This document shows positions 1-8,856 of a stretch of 64,000 bases of DNA, piece after piece. Every line of letters starts with the position of its first letter. Position 1 is the stretch's first letter. Below the pieces are notes generated by a model. That model did no database searches. It was not told the DNA's origin and saw only the letters and a program-made list of their open reading frames with translations. The stretch comes from Sedimentisphaeraceae bacterium JB056 (lineage in GTDB: Bacteria; Planctomycetota; Phycisphaerae; Sedimentisphaerales; Sedimentisphaeraceae). The DNA is taken from contig JBITAJ010000021.1 of the NCBI GenBank assembly GCA_044440125.1, positions 32,001 to 96,000 of the forward strand, in the 5' to 3' direction. Made by a program: the position numbers and the translations under genes.

Positions 1-616
1 TTACAGGTGAAGGAGACCGGCTGTTCAGGTCCCTGTCAACAACTTCATTTCTTGGTGGTACAGCTATTATTTCATCAAATCTCACTCCGCCAGAAGTAAT
101 TGCTATAAGCTCATTGTCCGTCATATTATAACCTGTAAATAATGAGTAGTCCCCATCAAGATAAGATTGATTAGCGGGAGCACTATCAACTTCTTCTATA
201 ATTTGAGTCCACCCCATGCCAAGAATACTCACACCATTTACACTGTGGCGCGGTGCATTTTTAGGAACTGAAGGACAGAAAAACGCCTCAGGACCGCTAA
301 GATAAGGCTTTAGAAAAGAACCTATCAAATCACAATAAACATCACTTCCTCCAGACTTAACTTTGTAATACTGAAACGGCCAACTGTAATCATATTTCCT
401 ACCCGCAATATTTCCAAATCTTGCAGGATAATAATCATCATTGGCAGCAGCATAAGTACTTGCCGCGATATTCCACTGCCGACAATTACTCAAACAAACA
501 GTCCTTCGGGAACTCTCCTTAACCTTCGACAAAGCCGGCATCATTATAGCCATAAGTAACGCAATTATTGAAATCACAACAAGGAGTTCAATAAGAGTAA
601 AGCCTCTCTTCTTCAT
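1..616 (-). CDS. Prepilin-type N-terminal cleavage/methylation domain protein (DUF1559-like), 3' end outside window
   Basis: Not in the ORF track. Manual translation from ATG at 616 gives MKKRGFTLIELLVVISIIALLMAIMMPALSKVKESSRRTVCLSNCRQWNIAASTYAAANDDYYP...FFCPS, open to the window edge. Confidence 0.92.
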   Translation of the reverse strand, partial: MKKRGFTLIELLVVISIIALLMAIMMPALSKVKESSRRTVCLSNCRQWNIAASTYAAANDDYYPARFGNIAGRKYDYSWPFQYYKVKSGGSDVYCDLIGSFLKPYLSGPEAFFCPSVPKNAPRHSVNGVSILGMGWTQIIEEVDSAPANQSYLDGDYSLFTGYNMTDNELIAITSGGVRFDEIIAVPPRNEVVDRDLNSRSPSPV

Positions 617-662
617 AATTCAAACCCTTAAATATATTTTACAACTACTAACTTATTCTACC

Positions 663-1694
663 CTACAATTTATAAGTGGAATCTCTGACAATTAATTCTG
701 TCGGTAATATTCTTCTGCAGTCTCCCAGTAATTCAGCCTGCTTTTCTCCATATTTAACAGATATCATATCCATTAGAAGACCTGATGCTTCAACACCTAT
801 CTTATATGGATCGAGATCTACCGTCGTTAACTTAGGACGGATGAGATCGACATAACCTGAAATATTGCCAAAACCAACTACTGACAATTGCTCTGGAACA
901 CTGTAACCAAGATCTGCTAAATTCAATATGCAAAATGCGGCGACAACATCATTATCACATATTACAGCAGTAACATTCATCTTTTGAATCTCCTTCGCCA
1001 CTGAAGAAGCATCATTACCTTTATAATCCTTTTCAGGTATGATAATCGATTCAAGACTACTAAAACCGGCTTCATTCATGGCCATTTCATAGCCTTTATA
1101 GCGTTCCAATGTTGAAGAATACCCCCAATCCTCATCCCTTGAAATAAAAGCTATATTCCGATGTCCAAGACTTAAAAGATGATTAGTCGCCTCAACAGAA
1201 CCGCCAATATTATCTAATCCGACAAATCCAAGATCAGGCACATTAACATCCCTGTCAACCACAACAACTGGGATACCGTGTTTCTGTAAATCTTCGAGAT
1301 AGCTGTAATCACAATGAGGTCCCTGATGAAAAAGCATTACACCTTCAACACGCCTGTCAACAATGCTCTCAAGAAGCCTGTCGCCTTTGCGAAGCGTTTG
1401 TGACCACTGCATTGCCAGAATATCATACCCTTGAGGTACGAGTGCCGCCTGAACTCCAGCAAATACATTACTCTGGAAATGCCTGAATTCAGAAGCAAGG
1501 TATGCAACAAGCTGAGTACGCCCTGTATTAAAGGAGTTGGCAAGGCGATTTTGTCGATAGTTATACTTATCAGCAGTTTCAAGTATAATTTTAAGCTTAT
1601 CAGGTGAAACACGATGGCTATCCCGCCCCAGAGCTCTGGAAACAGTCATCTTAGAAACACCACACTTTTGAGCTATTTGATCCAATGTTATCAT
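663..1694 (-). CDS. LacI-family transcriptional regulator
   Basis: N-terminal ITLDQIAQKCGVSKMTVSRAL HTH; sugar-binding domain ending VPEQLSVVGFG...LTTV...LIVRDST. ATG at 1694 follows AAGGGA; ORF track starts at TTG 1700. Confidence 0.95.
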   Translation of the reverse strand: MITLDQIAQKCGVSKMTVSRALGRDSHRVSPDKLKIILETADKYNYRQNRLANSFNTGRTQLVAYLASEFRHFQSNVFAGVQAALVPQGYDILAMQWSQTLRKGDRLLESIVDRRVEGVMLFHQGPHCDYSYLEDLQKHGIPVVVVDRDVNVPDLGFVGLDNIGGSVEATNHLLSLGHRNIAFISRDEDWGYSSTLERYKGYEMAMNEAGFSSLESIIIPEKDYKGNDASSVAKEIQKMNVTAVICDNDVVAAFCILNLADLGYSVPEQLSVVGFGNISGYVDLIRPKLTTVDLDPYKIGVEASGLLMDMISVKYGEKQAELLGDCRRILPTELIVRDSTYKL

Positions 1695-1707
1695 TGACAA
1701 TCCCTTA

Positions 1708-1743
1708 TGTTACCGAGAACAAAACACCTTGTTACCGGTAACA
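1708..1743. promoter_or_regulatory. Tandem LacI-type operators
   Basis: Perfect palindrome TGTTACCGGTAACA (1730-1743) and a 2-mismatch copy TGTTACCGAGAACA (1708-1721), directly upstream of lacI. Confidence 0.8.
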
Positions 1744-1770
1744 TAGTAACAGAAAAAAAACCGAAATCAA
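1743..1770 (-). promoter_or_regulatory. Sigma70-like promoter for the lacI-pilin transcript
   Basis: Minus strand TTGATT-16 bp-TACTAT with an extended TGn; the -10 abuts the operator palindrome. Confidence 0.55.
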
Positions 1771-1826
1771 GCTTTTTTTCATAATTTCCAACAAATCACC
1801 TTCTTAAAGATAAAACACATAGTAAT

Positions 1827-1868
1827 AAAAAGACAAAAGCCTGCCAAATCCTAAAACCCAGCAGGCTT
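1827..1868 (-). terminator. Rho-independent terminator after the aldolase operon
   Basis: Stem AAGCCTGC/GCAGGCTT (1837-1844, 1861-1868) followed on the minus strand by TTGTCTTTTT. Confidence 0.65.
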
Positions 1869-1881
1869 AAAATCCAATTCA

Positions 1882-2679
1882 TCATGACTTAAAATCAGAA
1901 ACGGCGTCTTTAGCAACAGCAAAAGCTTTCTTTGATGCTTCATTGATAAAGACTGTATCAACACCGATAGCAATAAAAGTGAATCCGTCAGATATTGCTT
2001 TCTTTATGCTTTCATCGGTCGGTATCACAACATGCAGCCCGGCAGACTTACCTGCCCTCTTGCACGCATCAAGCACCTTACGGCAACCCTCATTGACGAG
2101 CGGATGAGATGTCTGACCCGGTATATTATATGAGCCGCTCAAATCATAAGGCCCGATAAATACACCGTCAACACCGTCAACCGCCAGGATTTCATCGATA
2201 TTCTCTATCGCTTCCTTACTCTCAATCATAACAACTACCGCAATATCATCATTGGCAGTTGTAAGATACTCGTTGAATTTTTCGCCGTAATCATTCATGC
2301 GTGAAAAACAGAAACCACGCTCGCCCTGCGGCGGATACTTAGCCGCGGAAACTGCCTTACGTGCCTGCTCCGGTGTACTGACCAGAGGAACAATAACGCC
2401 CATCGCTCCCATGTCAAGTGCTTGACGAATCACCAAAGTATCATTCTCACGGACACGGATCAGAGGCACCGGTCCCCGTCCATACATTCCACGCATTATA
2501 TTGCTGAAAGAATCTATCGTTATGTCTGTATGCTCACCATCGGCGGCAATCCAGTCATAAGCGGTGTTGCAGAGTGTTTCAGAAACGGCCGGATGCCCTA
2601 TCTGAATCCATGTACCGAGTGTTACTTTTCGCTCAAGAAGAGCCTGTCTTACAGGATTTTGTGTTCCCATTTTATCCAC
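1882..2679 (-). CDS. HpcH/HpaI (GarL-like) class II pyruvate aldolase
   Basis: DWIAADGEH, IRVRE, ALDMGAMGVIVP, YPPQGERG, MIESKEAIENIDEILAVDGVDGVFIGPYDLS motifs. Confidence 0.92.
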   Translation of the reverse strand: MDKMGTQNPVRQALLERKVTLGTWIQIGHPAVSETLCNTAYDWIAADGEHTDITIDSFSNIMRGMYGRGPVPLIRVRENDTLVIRQALDMGAMGVIVPLVSTPEQARKAVSAAKYPPQGERGFCFSRMNDYGEKFNEYLTTANDDIAVVVMIESKEAIENIDEILAVDGVDGVFIGPYDLSGSYNIPGQTSHPLVNEGCRKVLDACKRAGKSAGLHVVIPTDESIKKAISDGFTFIAIGVDTVFINEASKKAFAVAKDAVSDFKS

Positions 2680-2682
2680 CTT

Positions 2683-3765
2683 TTATCTTGCGATCTCGCG
2701 TGATTTACCAACACGATTGAAATATTCCTTAGCCCGCCATTGCGGACCAAGATCGCTTACTGTTTTTTGTACAACAACGCTCATTCTGTTACCAAGATTG
2801 AGCCCATTTTTAACCCTTACCTCAAGTGCCGCGGCATCGTCAATTTCTCCATCTGGAGTTATGCCTATAAATCCGCCGATAATACCGGCACTGCAACTGT
2901 CGCCTGCACCGAAACGATCGAGTACAACATAATCGAAACGATCGCTTGTTACAAACTCTTTGCCATTTATAAGTGCAACAGATGTCCACTCACCGCGTTC
3001 GTTGGTAATTCTCTTTCTCACGGTCATAATGATAACAGGCACTTTACCTTTGAATTTTTCATCCAGTCCCTTGCATATATCCTCACAGCAGGCAACCAGA
3101 TCATCCATGCTCTTATCATCATCAAAGCCTTTGTCAACGCCAAAGACAACGCGGGCATCAGTTTCGGTGATAACAACAGAGGTAAACAATTCGTCCTCAA
3201 CCATTCCCATCAGTGCATCATGCGCCTGAGCAGGAGACCAAAGCTTGTTGCGATAGTTAATATCAATGAATGTCGGCACATTATTCTGTTTAGCGGCTTG
3301 AAGTGCAAGCCTTGTATTGACAAGTGTATTTTCACTCAAAGCTGCTGTTATACCGGAAGTAAAGAAAGCATCCGCCCCCTCAAGACAACTGAAATCAAAC
3401 TCGCCCGGTTTGGCGTTTGCAATCGCAGAATACGCCCTGTCATAGCCGCCTTCTGCCGTTATCGGACCAAGCCCCTGCTCAACAAAGCATAATCCGTTTC
3501 TGTCGTCATCTGTCCAGATAACATTATCCATACCGATAGTATGCTTCTGCATATCCATGCGAAGCAGTCTGCCCATAAGGTCGTCTTTCATCTTAGAGAT
3601 AAACTCAGTTTTGATACCTTCTGCCAAACCACCGACTTTGCCAAGTACGTTTGCTTCCGAACCGCCGGCAAGTATCATATACTCATTGAAATCTCCAAAC
3701 GCCGCATAACCAACCGGTCTGATAGCGCCAAGAATTTCACCAAATGCTGCAACTTTCTTGCTCAT
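2683..3765 (-). CDS. PfkB-family sugar kinase, KdgK (2-keto-3-deoxy sugar acid kinase)-like
   Basis: AAFGE, GGSEANV, YDRAYSA, SGITAALS, DINYRNKLWS, DRFGAGDS. Start re-assigned to MSKK at 3765. Confidence 0.88.
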   Translation of the reverse strand: MSKKVAAFGEILGAIRPVGYAAFGDFNEYMILAGGSEANVLGKVGGLAEGIKTEFISKMKDDLMGRLLRMDMQKHTIGMDNVIWTDDDRNGLCFVEQGLGPITAEGGYDRAYSAIANAKPGEFDFSCLEGADAFFTSGITAALSENTLVNTRLALQAAKQNNVPTFIDINYRNKLWSPAQAHDALMGMVEDELFTSVVITETDARVVFGVDKGFDDDKSMDDLVACCEDICKGLDEKFKGKVPVIIMTVRKRITNERGEWTSVALINGKEFVTSDRFDYVVLDRFGAGDSCSAGIIGGFIGITPDGEIDDAAALEVRVKNGLNLGNRMSVVVQKTVSDLGPQWRAKEYFNRVGKSREIAR

Positions 3766-3770
3766 AATAT

Positions 3771-4679
3771 TTATCCTTTTATTGCCTTTTCCCATGCCTC
3801 GATTACATAGCCGTAATAAACATCAAGACGTTCCATCGGGTCTTCTCCCGGCAGAGTCCGCATCTCAATACTCGCTGAACCTCTTGCCTCTTTATTGAAA
3901 TACCCAACTTCAAGACCTACTTTGAAAAGCTCTGCCAGATCATCGATGCCATACTCACCGCCTTCAATGCAAAGAGCCACATGCTTATCACCATAAAGCT
4001 TATGATCCTTATCATTTTTAATGCAGTTGCCAAGATGGATGTGTGCAAGAAACTCACCGGTATCTTTTACTGCCTGCTCTAATGTTTCGTGCATAAGCGG
4101 TATATGACACATATCAACCATGCTTGCAATATTATCAAATCCTTTAGCCTTTACCCTCTTGCAGATTTCAACCGCCTCTTTAGATGAGCCAATAAGTTTA
4201 CACTTTGACATATCATAATCTGTCGGCTCTATCATAATCAGCATCTCAGGTGCAAACTCGCATATCTGACAATAGAAATCCACAAGCGACTCAAAAGCCT
4301 GCTCTCTGTTTTCCAGATTATTGGGTCCACTGTTGGTGATAACTTTCACCGCACCGCATCCCTTGCCTCTTACGATTTCATCTTTATAAACATCAATCGT
4401 GTACTGCTTCTTTTCAGCATCCAGAGAAGCCGGTGCAAGAGACGGCTTGCCTGCTCTGTTGCCGCAGTTGTAGTATATCTCTTTGCCAGAATTTGCGATA
4501 AGCTCAATCTCTTTACTTCTCAGCGGCTCATCATCTGCCACCCAGAGATCAAGAATCTCAAGACGCTCATCATCTATCACTTTCTTCAATGTATCGTAAT
4601 GCCCTTGTGATGTAGCACACTCGTTGGCAAAAAGCAAATGATGATTGAGACCTAATTTTACATAATCTTTAATACTCAT
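3771..4679 (-). CDS. Sugar phosphate isomerase/epimerase (xylose isomerase-like TIM barrel)
   Basis: Metal-binding pattern IEP...DMCH...HIHLGN...IEM; operon context. Confidence 0.8.
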   Translation of the reverse strand: MSIKDYVKLGLNHHLLFANECATSQGHYDTLKKVIDDERLEILDLWVADDEPLRSKEIELIANSGKEIYYNCGNRAGKPSLAPASLDAEKKQYTIDVYKDEIVRGKGCGAVKVITNSGPNNLENREQAFESLVDFYCQICEFAPEMLIMIEPTDYDMSKCKLIGSSKEAVEICKRVKAKGFDNIASMVDMCHIPLMHETLEQAVKDTGEFLAHIHLGNCIKNDKDHKLYGDKHVALCIEGGEYGIDDLAELFKVGLEVGYFNKEARGSASIEMRTLPGEDPMERLDVYYGYVIEAWEKAIKG

Positions 4680-5479
4680 TTCGATTTAACCTCTTTCTGT
4701 ATATCCAGATAGTTCGACCAAACCTCTGTGACAGTTTCTCCTGTAAGTTTTACAGTATTACCTTCTGAGAAAACCGCAGGATAATATTCTTTGAGCTTAG
4801 CAGTATAATCACTGTCAGCCAAATCTATTTCAAGCTCTATCGGTCCTACAAATTTAAGAGGTTTTACACTCAAACCATTCGACATAACATTCTTAGTCGC
4901 ATCGTAGATTTTTTTTGCGGTAACCGCAGGAGTATAACAGAGAGCTTCAAACTCACCCATCGCCTCTTTAACGCTTACCGTTTTCACACCTGCAACTATC
5001 TGCTCTGCCTCTGCCATACCGGCACTGTCACCTGTAACTAACCACAGCGGCACATCAAAATCACCGGCAACCGCAGCTTCCATACCAATCTCACCAACAA
5101 TTTTGCCATTGATACGAATGTTAAGATTTTTGCGTGAGTAGCTGTGAGGAAGCAATGCCCCCTCTACCCCGCTTCTGGCATGAAAACCTACCATCATCAT
5201 CGCATCATACGAAGAATCTATTCCGCCCCAGTCTTTGCGGTAGGCGGGTTTACCCATAATCACGCTCACCGAATCAGGCAATTGCGAAATATCAACATTC
5301 CTGCCGTCAGTATGCTCATCGTAAATTATTATCTCATGCTCACCGGTCGCAAGAATACCTTTGATGCAAGCAAGCAGGTCATTCATAAGCATTTCTCTGC
5401 CAAGCTCGCTGCCTTCTGCCTGCTGATAGGTTGTTACACCGGTAACACCTTCTATATCACTGCGAATCATTATTTTCAT
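4676..5479 (-). CDS. M55-family metallopeptidase (D-aminopeptidase DppA-like)
   Basis: MKIMIRSDIEGVTGV, DEH, VGFHARSG, HSYS, GEIG, VTGD motifs of family M55. Start re-assigned to 5479. Confidence 0.9.
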   Translation of the reverse strand: MKIMIRSDIEGVTGVTTYQQAEGSELGREMLMNDLLACIKGILATGEHEIIIYDEHTDGRNVDISQLPDSVSVIMGKPAYRKDWGGIDSSYDAMMMVGFHARSGVEGALLPHSYSRKNLNIRINGKIVGEIGMEAAVAGDFDVPLWLVTGDSAGMAEAEQIVAGVKTVSVKEAMGEFEALCYTPAVTAKKIYDATKNVMSNGLSVKPLKFVGPIELEIDLADSDYTAKLKEYYPAVFSEGNTVKLTGETVTEVWSNYLDIQKEVKSK

Positions 5480-5496
5480 AATTACACTCTCAATTC

Positions 5497-6180
5497 TCAC
5501 ACAGCCACGTCAGGATATTCATTGCAAAGATAATGAAGCATCGGTTCATCTTCTTCCACTTCGCAAAATCTTCCGCAAGTCTCCAAAAATACATTATCAT
5601 TTACATCATCACAAATCGTTCCAACCTCACCTGAAAGAGTAACACCTGTGCCTTCTTCACTCCAGAACTCATGGATTGTACCAGCGGGAATCAAGACGCT
5701 TTCACCGGGAGTAAGACGTATTATTTCATCAGCTTTGAGTTTTGTTTTAACACCGTTTACGCTAAGCTCAAAATCCTCATCAGATTTCTGCCCATCAGCG
5801 GTTGCCTTTGATGCCTGTACAAGAATATTCCCGCCGCCGCGGTTAATTATATCTTCTGTCTTTTTACGATGAAAATGGATAGGTGCGGCTTGATTCTCAT
5901 CTATGAAGATGAACTTTTCAGAATAGTTTCTTGAACATCCATCGTATGCGTTGCTGCCGTTACGCAATGTAAAAAGAGTACGGCCTATTCTTTCATAGTT
6001 TCCAAGCCCGAAATCGGTTACATCCCAGCCAAGCATAAGCTTTCTTATATCATCACACTCGCTGCCCTTTGATGCCCAGTCATCAACCGTCCAGAAAGCA
6101 AATGGCGGCAATGCCATATTCATTTCTTTGGCAAACTTTTTAGCCGCTTCGATATGTGCGTTTATTTCTGATCGTTTCAT
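5497..6180 (-). CDS. D-lyxose/D-mannose-family sugar isomerase (cupin)
   Basis: MKRSEIN, LPPFAFW, LGWDVTDFG, LFTLRNG, YSEK, PIHFHRKKTEDIINRGGG, HEFW, GEV..DD.NDN.F. Confidence 0.9.
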   Translation of the reverse strand: MKRSEINAHIEAAKKFAKEMNMALPPFAFWTVDDWASKGSECDDIRKLMLGWDVTDFGLGNYERIGRTLFTLRNGSNAYDGCSRNYSEKFIFIDENQAAPIHFHRKKTEDIINRGGGNILVQASKATADGQKSDEDFELSVNGVKTKLKADEIIRLTPGESVLIPAGTIHEFWSEEGTGVTLSGEVGTICDDVNDNVFLETCGRFCEVEEDEPMLHYLCNEYPDVAV

Positions 6181-6629
6181 CTTTTAACTTTCATACAAAT
6201 TTTTCTTACTTTACATGTCCCATCAAGATCACAGTTAGGACGATGCACATCCTGTGGATAGAAAACTGCAAACTTGCCCGGCTCCATTACAATACTTGAA
6301 AAAGTATCAGGAGCAACAAATTTGGTTACATCTTTTACGCTGTCATAAGGTGCCAATGGCTCAAGCTTTGCAGCCAAAGCAACATCCTGCCTCTCACAAC
6401 CGTCACGCAATATCTGAACATCAAAATAATCAACATGTGATTCGAACTTTCTTTGTTCGGCAGGCGAAGTTTCATAGCTTTGAACCTTCGCAACCATATC
6501 CTTGCCTTCAACTTCATAATCACCATCAGGTTGAGAAAGGTCAAACTCCATAGCATACTTTATTGCCTTATAGAGCTTATCGCCTTCTTTGCAGTATAAA
6601 CCCATATTTTCAAACGTATCATAGATCAT
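6177..6629 (-). CDS. YhcH/YjgK/YiaL-family protein (NanQ-like sugar anomerase/isomerase)
   Basis: MIYD, FESHVDYFDVQ, PGKFAVFYPQDVHRP, VRKICMKV. Confidence 0.9.
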   Translation of the reverse strand: MIYDTFENMGLYCKEGDKLYKAIKYAMEFDLSQPDGDYEVEGKDMVAKVQSYETSPAEQRKFESHVDYFDVQILRDGCERQDVALAAKLEPLAPYDSVKDVTKFVAPDTFSSIVMEPGKFAVFYPQDVHRPNCDLDGTCKVRKICMKVKR

Positions 6630-6664
6630 AATTTCAGCTTTCTTATTAAAATATCCTTAATTTA

Positions 6665-6708
6665 ATTTCCGATATATCTGTTATAACAGATATTAAATCA
6701 AAAGTCAA
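6665..6708 (-). promoter_or_regulatory. Promoter of the catabolic operon with overlapping GntR-type operator
   Basis: Minus strand TTGACT-17 bp-TATAAC; the perfect 20-bp palindrome ATATCTGTTATAACAGATAT (6674-6693) covers the -10. Confidence 0.8.
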
Positions 6709-6755
6709 CCACTTTAATTCTAATTCTTCAGTTTGACATAAATCGCTATTTAAGA

Positions 6756-7886
6756 CTATCTTAGAGAACACGGCTGGCCTGGGACATCCAGACAAATACC
6801 TGTATATTCAAGCTTATCATTGCTTAAATCATATATTTTGAGACGTTTATTCTCGAATCCGCCTACAACCAGACGCTTTGAGTCATGAGTAAAAGCAACG
6901 CCTTGCGGTATCCTGTCAACCTGAAGTCTCTGCATTATTGAAAAATACTGCGGCTGCCTCTTGAGCAAAACAACCTGCCCGTACTGCTGGCGTTTGGAAT
7001 CATCAGGCTTAACCATAGAATACTGTAAGCAACTTACTGCTATATACTTACCATCACCGCTAACATCAAGCCCTTCGGGAATTACTCCAACAAAGATACT
7101 GTCTGTCACTTTCCAGTCATCGCCGCAGGTATCAATTATACTGACAGTAGTATCCGAAACATTCGCTACAGCAATCCATTTGCCATCAGGCGTTGCATCA
7201 AGACAATAAGGTCCCTTGCCAACTTCAATCCTTCCCACTGCTTCCTTTGCCTGCCCCTTCTCAAGACTTATTTTGACAACTGAAGAGGTGTTCTGAAGCG
7301 AAGCCAATGCAAAATCATCTCCCGGAACAAAAATAATATGAGAAAGGCTCTCTTCGGGTTTAGATATCTGCACTGTTGAGACGACAGTTACTTTCTTACC
7401 TGATATTTTCAGGTTCGTTACACTTCCCTCTGCCCTGTTACAAACCAGAGCAGTCTTGCCATCAGGCGATATTGATATACCCGAAGGCTGCTTGCCTACA
7501 ACCAGCGTGTCAATTAACTTACCTTCTGCCACATCAATCACAGATACACTGTTATCAGGCACCTGATCTTTACCGGCATCATCGAGTTTCATAGCTGCCG
7601 CTACCAGTATTATGCTCTTATCAGGACTCATAACCAGACATGTCGGCGGACCTGTAACACTGCATGGAATATTCGGTATATCAACCTGTTTTGGAGGCAT
7701 CACAGATGTATCGAGAATTGTAATACTTCCTACATCAGGATTATCAAATGGAGCATTAATAGAATCTGCAAGCTGCCATCTCTGGTCGTTAGCACTTATA
7801 ACATACTGCGGCGAAACCGCCATTAAAGGCATCTCCAGACAACAAAGAACAAGCAAACTGTTGATTAAAACTTTACTTTTTAACAT
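6756..7886 (-). CDS. Secreted YncE/YVTN-type beta-propeller protein
   Basis: Signal peptide; repeated blades VGKQPSGISISPDGK, VGKGPYCLDATPDGK, VGVIPEGLDVSGDGK. Confidence 0.82.
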   Translation of the reverse strand: MLKSKVLINSLLVLCCLEMPLMAVSPQYVISANDQRWQLADSINAPFDNPDVGSITILDTSVMPPKQVDIPNIPCSVTGPPTCLVMSPDKSIILVAAAMKLDDAGKDQVPDNSVSVIDVAEGKLIDTLVVGKQPSGISISPDGKTALVCNRAEGSVTNLKISGKKVTVVSTVQISKPEESLSHIIFVPGDDFALASLQNTSSVVKISLEKGQAKEAVGRIEVGKGPYCLDATPDGKWIAVANVSDTTVSIIDTCGDDWKVTDSIFVGVIPEGLDVSGDGKYIAVSCLQYSMVKPDDSKRQQYGQVVLLKRQPQYFSIMQRLQVDRIPQGVAFTHDSKRLVVGGFENKRLKIYDLSNDKLEYTGICLDVPGQPCSLR

Positions 7887-7928
7887 TGCGAACTCCTTGA
7901 AAAAACACTGAGTATATCTCTTTTATTC

Positions 7929-7989
7929 CTGTTATAACAAATATATCGGAAATAAAAAAGATTGTCAACAACTTAAATTTGAGTATAAT
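7929..7989. promoter_or_regulatory. Divergent overlapping promoters with a second GntR-type operator
   Basis: CTGTTATAACAAATATATCGGAAAT (7929-7953) matches the reverse complement of 6665-6689 at 24/25. Minus promoter TTGACA-17-TATATT; plus promoter TTGTCA-16-TATAAT (7962-7989). Confidence 0.78.
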
Positions 7990-8035
7990 GTAATTTTAGT
8001 TTTAAATATTACGATAAACTTATCAGGATATAAAA

Positions 8036-8725
8036 ATGGCAAAGCAGCAGCTTACTTTGGATAATTTGCTTCCTGCACCGGAAAAAGCAAGACTTGGAAT
8101 ACTCGAAATGATTAAAACAGGCCAGATACCAAGCGGCCAGCGAATAGATCAGCGTGCCATTTCAAGACATCTTGAACTTACCACTGCACCTATAAGAGAA
8201 GCATTAAGCTCACTGGAAACAGACGGTTTCCTCCAGAGAATACCCGGAGTAGGTATATTCTGTAAAGCTTATACAGTTGATGAAGTTGAAGAGATCATAG
8301 AGATACGTGATGTTCTCGAAGGTCTTGCCGCCAGAAGAGCTGCTGAGAGAATATCAAACTCACAAAAAGAACAGCTTTTGAAGATGGCTGAGAATCTCTC
8401 AAGTGAAGGGATATTCGAAACAGACAAGGATTTCCTTGAAGCTCATATCGCTTTCCACTCTTTTATCGCAGAGATTTCACAAAGCGACCGTTTGATACAA
8501 ATGCTTAAATGCAATCATATAATACAGCAGGTGCTATGGAATATCAGCGCCAACATATGGCCTGTTGCTCCTCACGACCATACGGAAATTGCTCAGGCAA
8601 TATGCAGCGGCGATCCGCAAAAAGCGGAACAGACAATCCGCAATCATATAGCACCAACTTTCAAGGACAGAATCAAACAACTAAAACTCGAATACGGCAG
8701 AAAACCAATCGTAGCACAAAATTGA
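8036..8725 (+). CDS. GntR-family regulator (FCD domain)
   Basis: GQRIDQRAISRHLELTTAPIREALSSLETDG wHTH; IRDVLEGLAAR, AFHSFI, DHTEIAQAICSGD, IRNHI. Confidence 0.93.
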   Translation: MAKQQLTLDNLLPAPEKARLGILEMIKTGQIPSGQRIDQRAISRHLELTTAPIREALSSLETDGFLQRIPGVGIFCKAYTVDEVEEIIEIRDVLEGLAARRAAERISNSQKEQLLKMAENLSSEGIFETDKDFLEAHIAFHSFIAEISQSDRLIQMLKCNHIIQQVLWNISANIWPVAPHDHTEIAQAICSGDPQKAEQTIRNHIAPTFKDRIKQLKLEYGRKPIVAQN

Positions 8726-8751
8726 TTTTTGAGCAAGAGCGTCTTTAGCGA

Positions 8752-8791
8752 AAAAAATCATAGTGGGAGACTTTCTCTCTCACTATTTTTT
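8752..8791. terminator. Probably bidirectional terminator between convergent genes
   Basis: ATAGTGGGAGA-loop-TCTCTCACTAT stem with a T-run downstream and an A-run upstream. Confidence 0.7.
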
Positions 8792-8856
8792 AAAACGGCT
8801 AATCATTTTAAACTCAAAATACAGTCCTCATCAAGTATCAGGCTTTCGCCAGTAAT

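Noticed and set aside
2740..3492. 250-aa plus-strand ORF (likewise 8929-9615, 31066-31818, 57140-57961)
   Set aside because: All lie fully opposite well-supported genes and lack recognisable domains
5432..5447. TGTTACACCGGTAACA resembling the LacI operator
   Set aside because: Inside the M55 coding region (GVTGVT) and spacing differs by 2 bp
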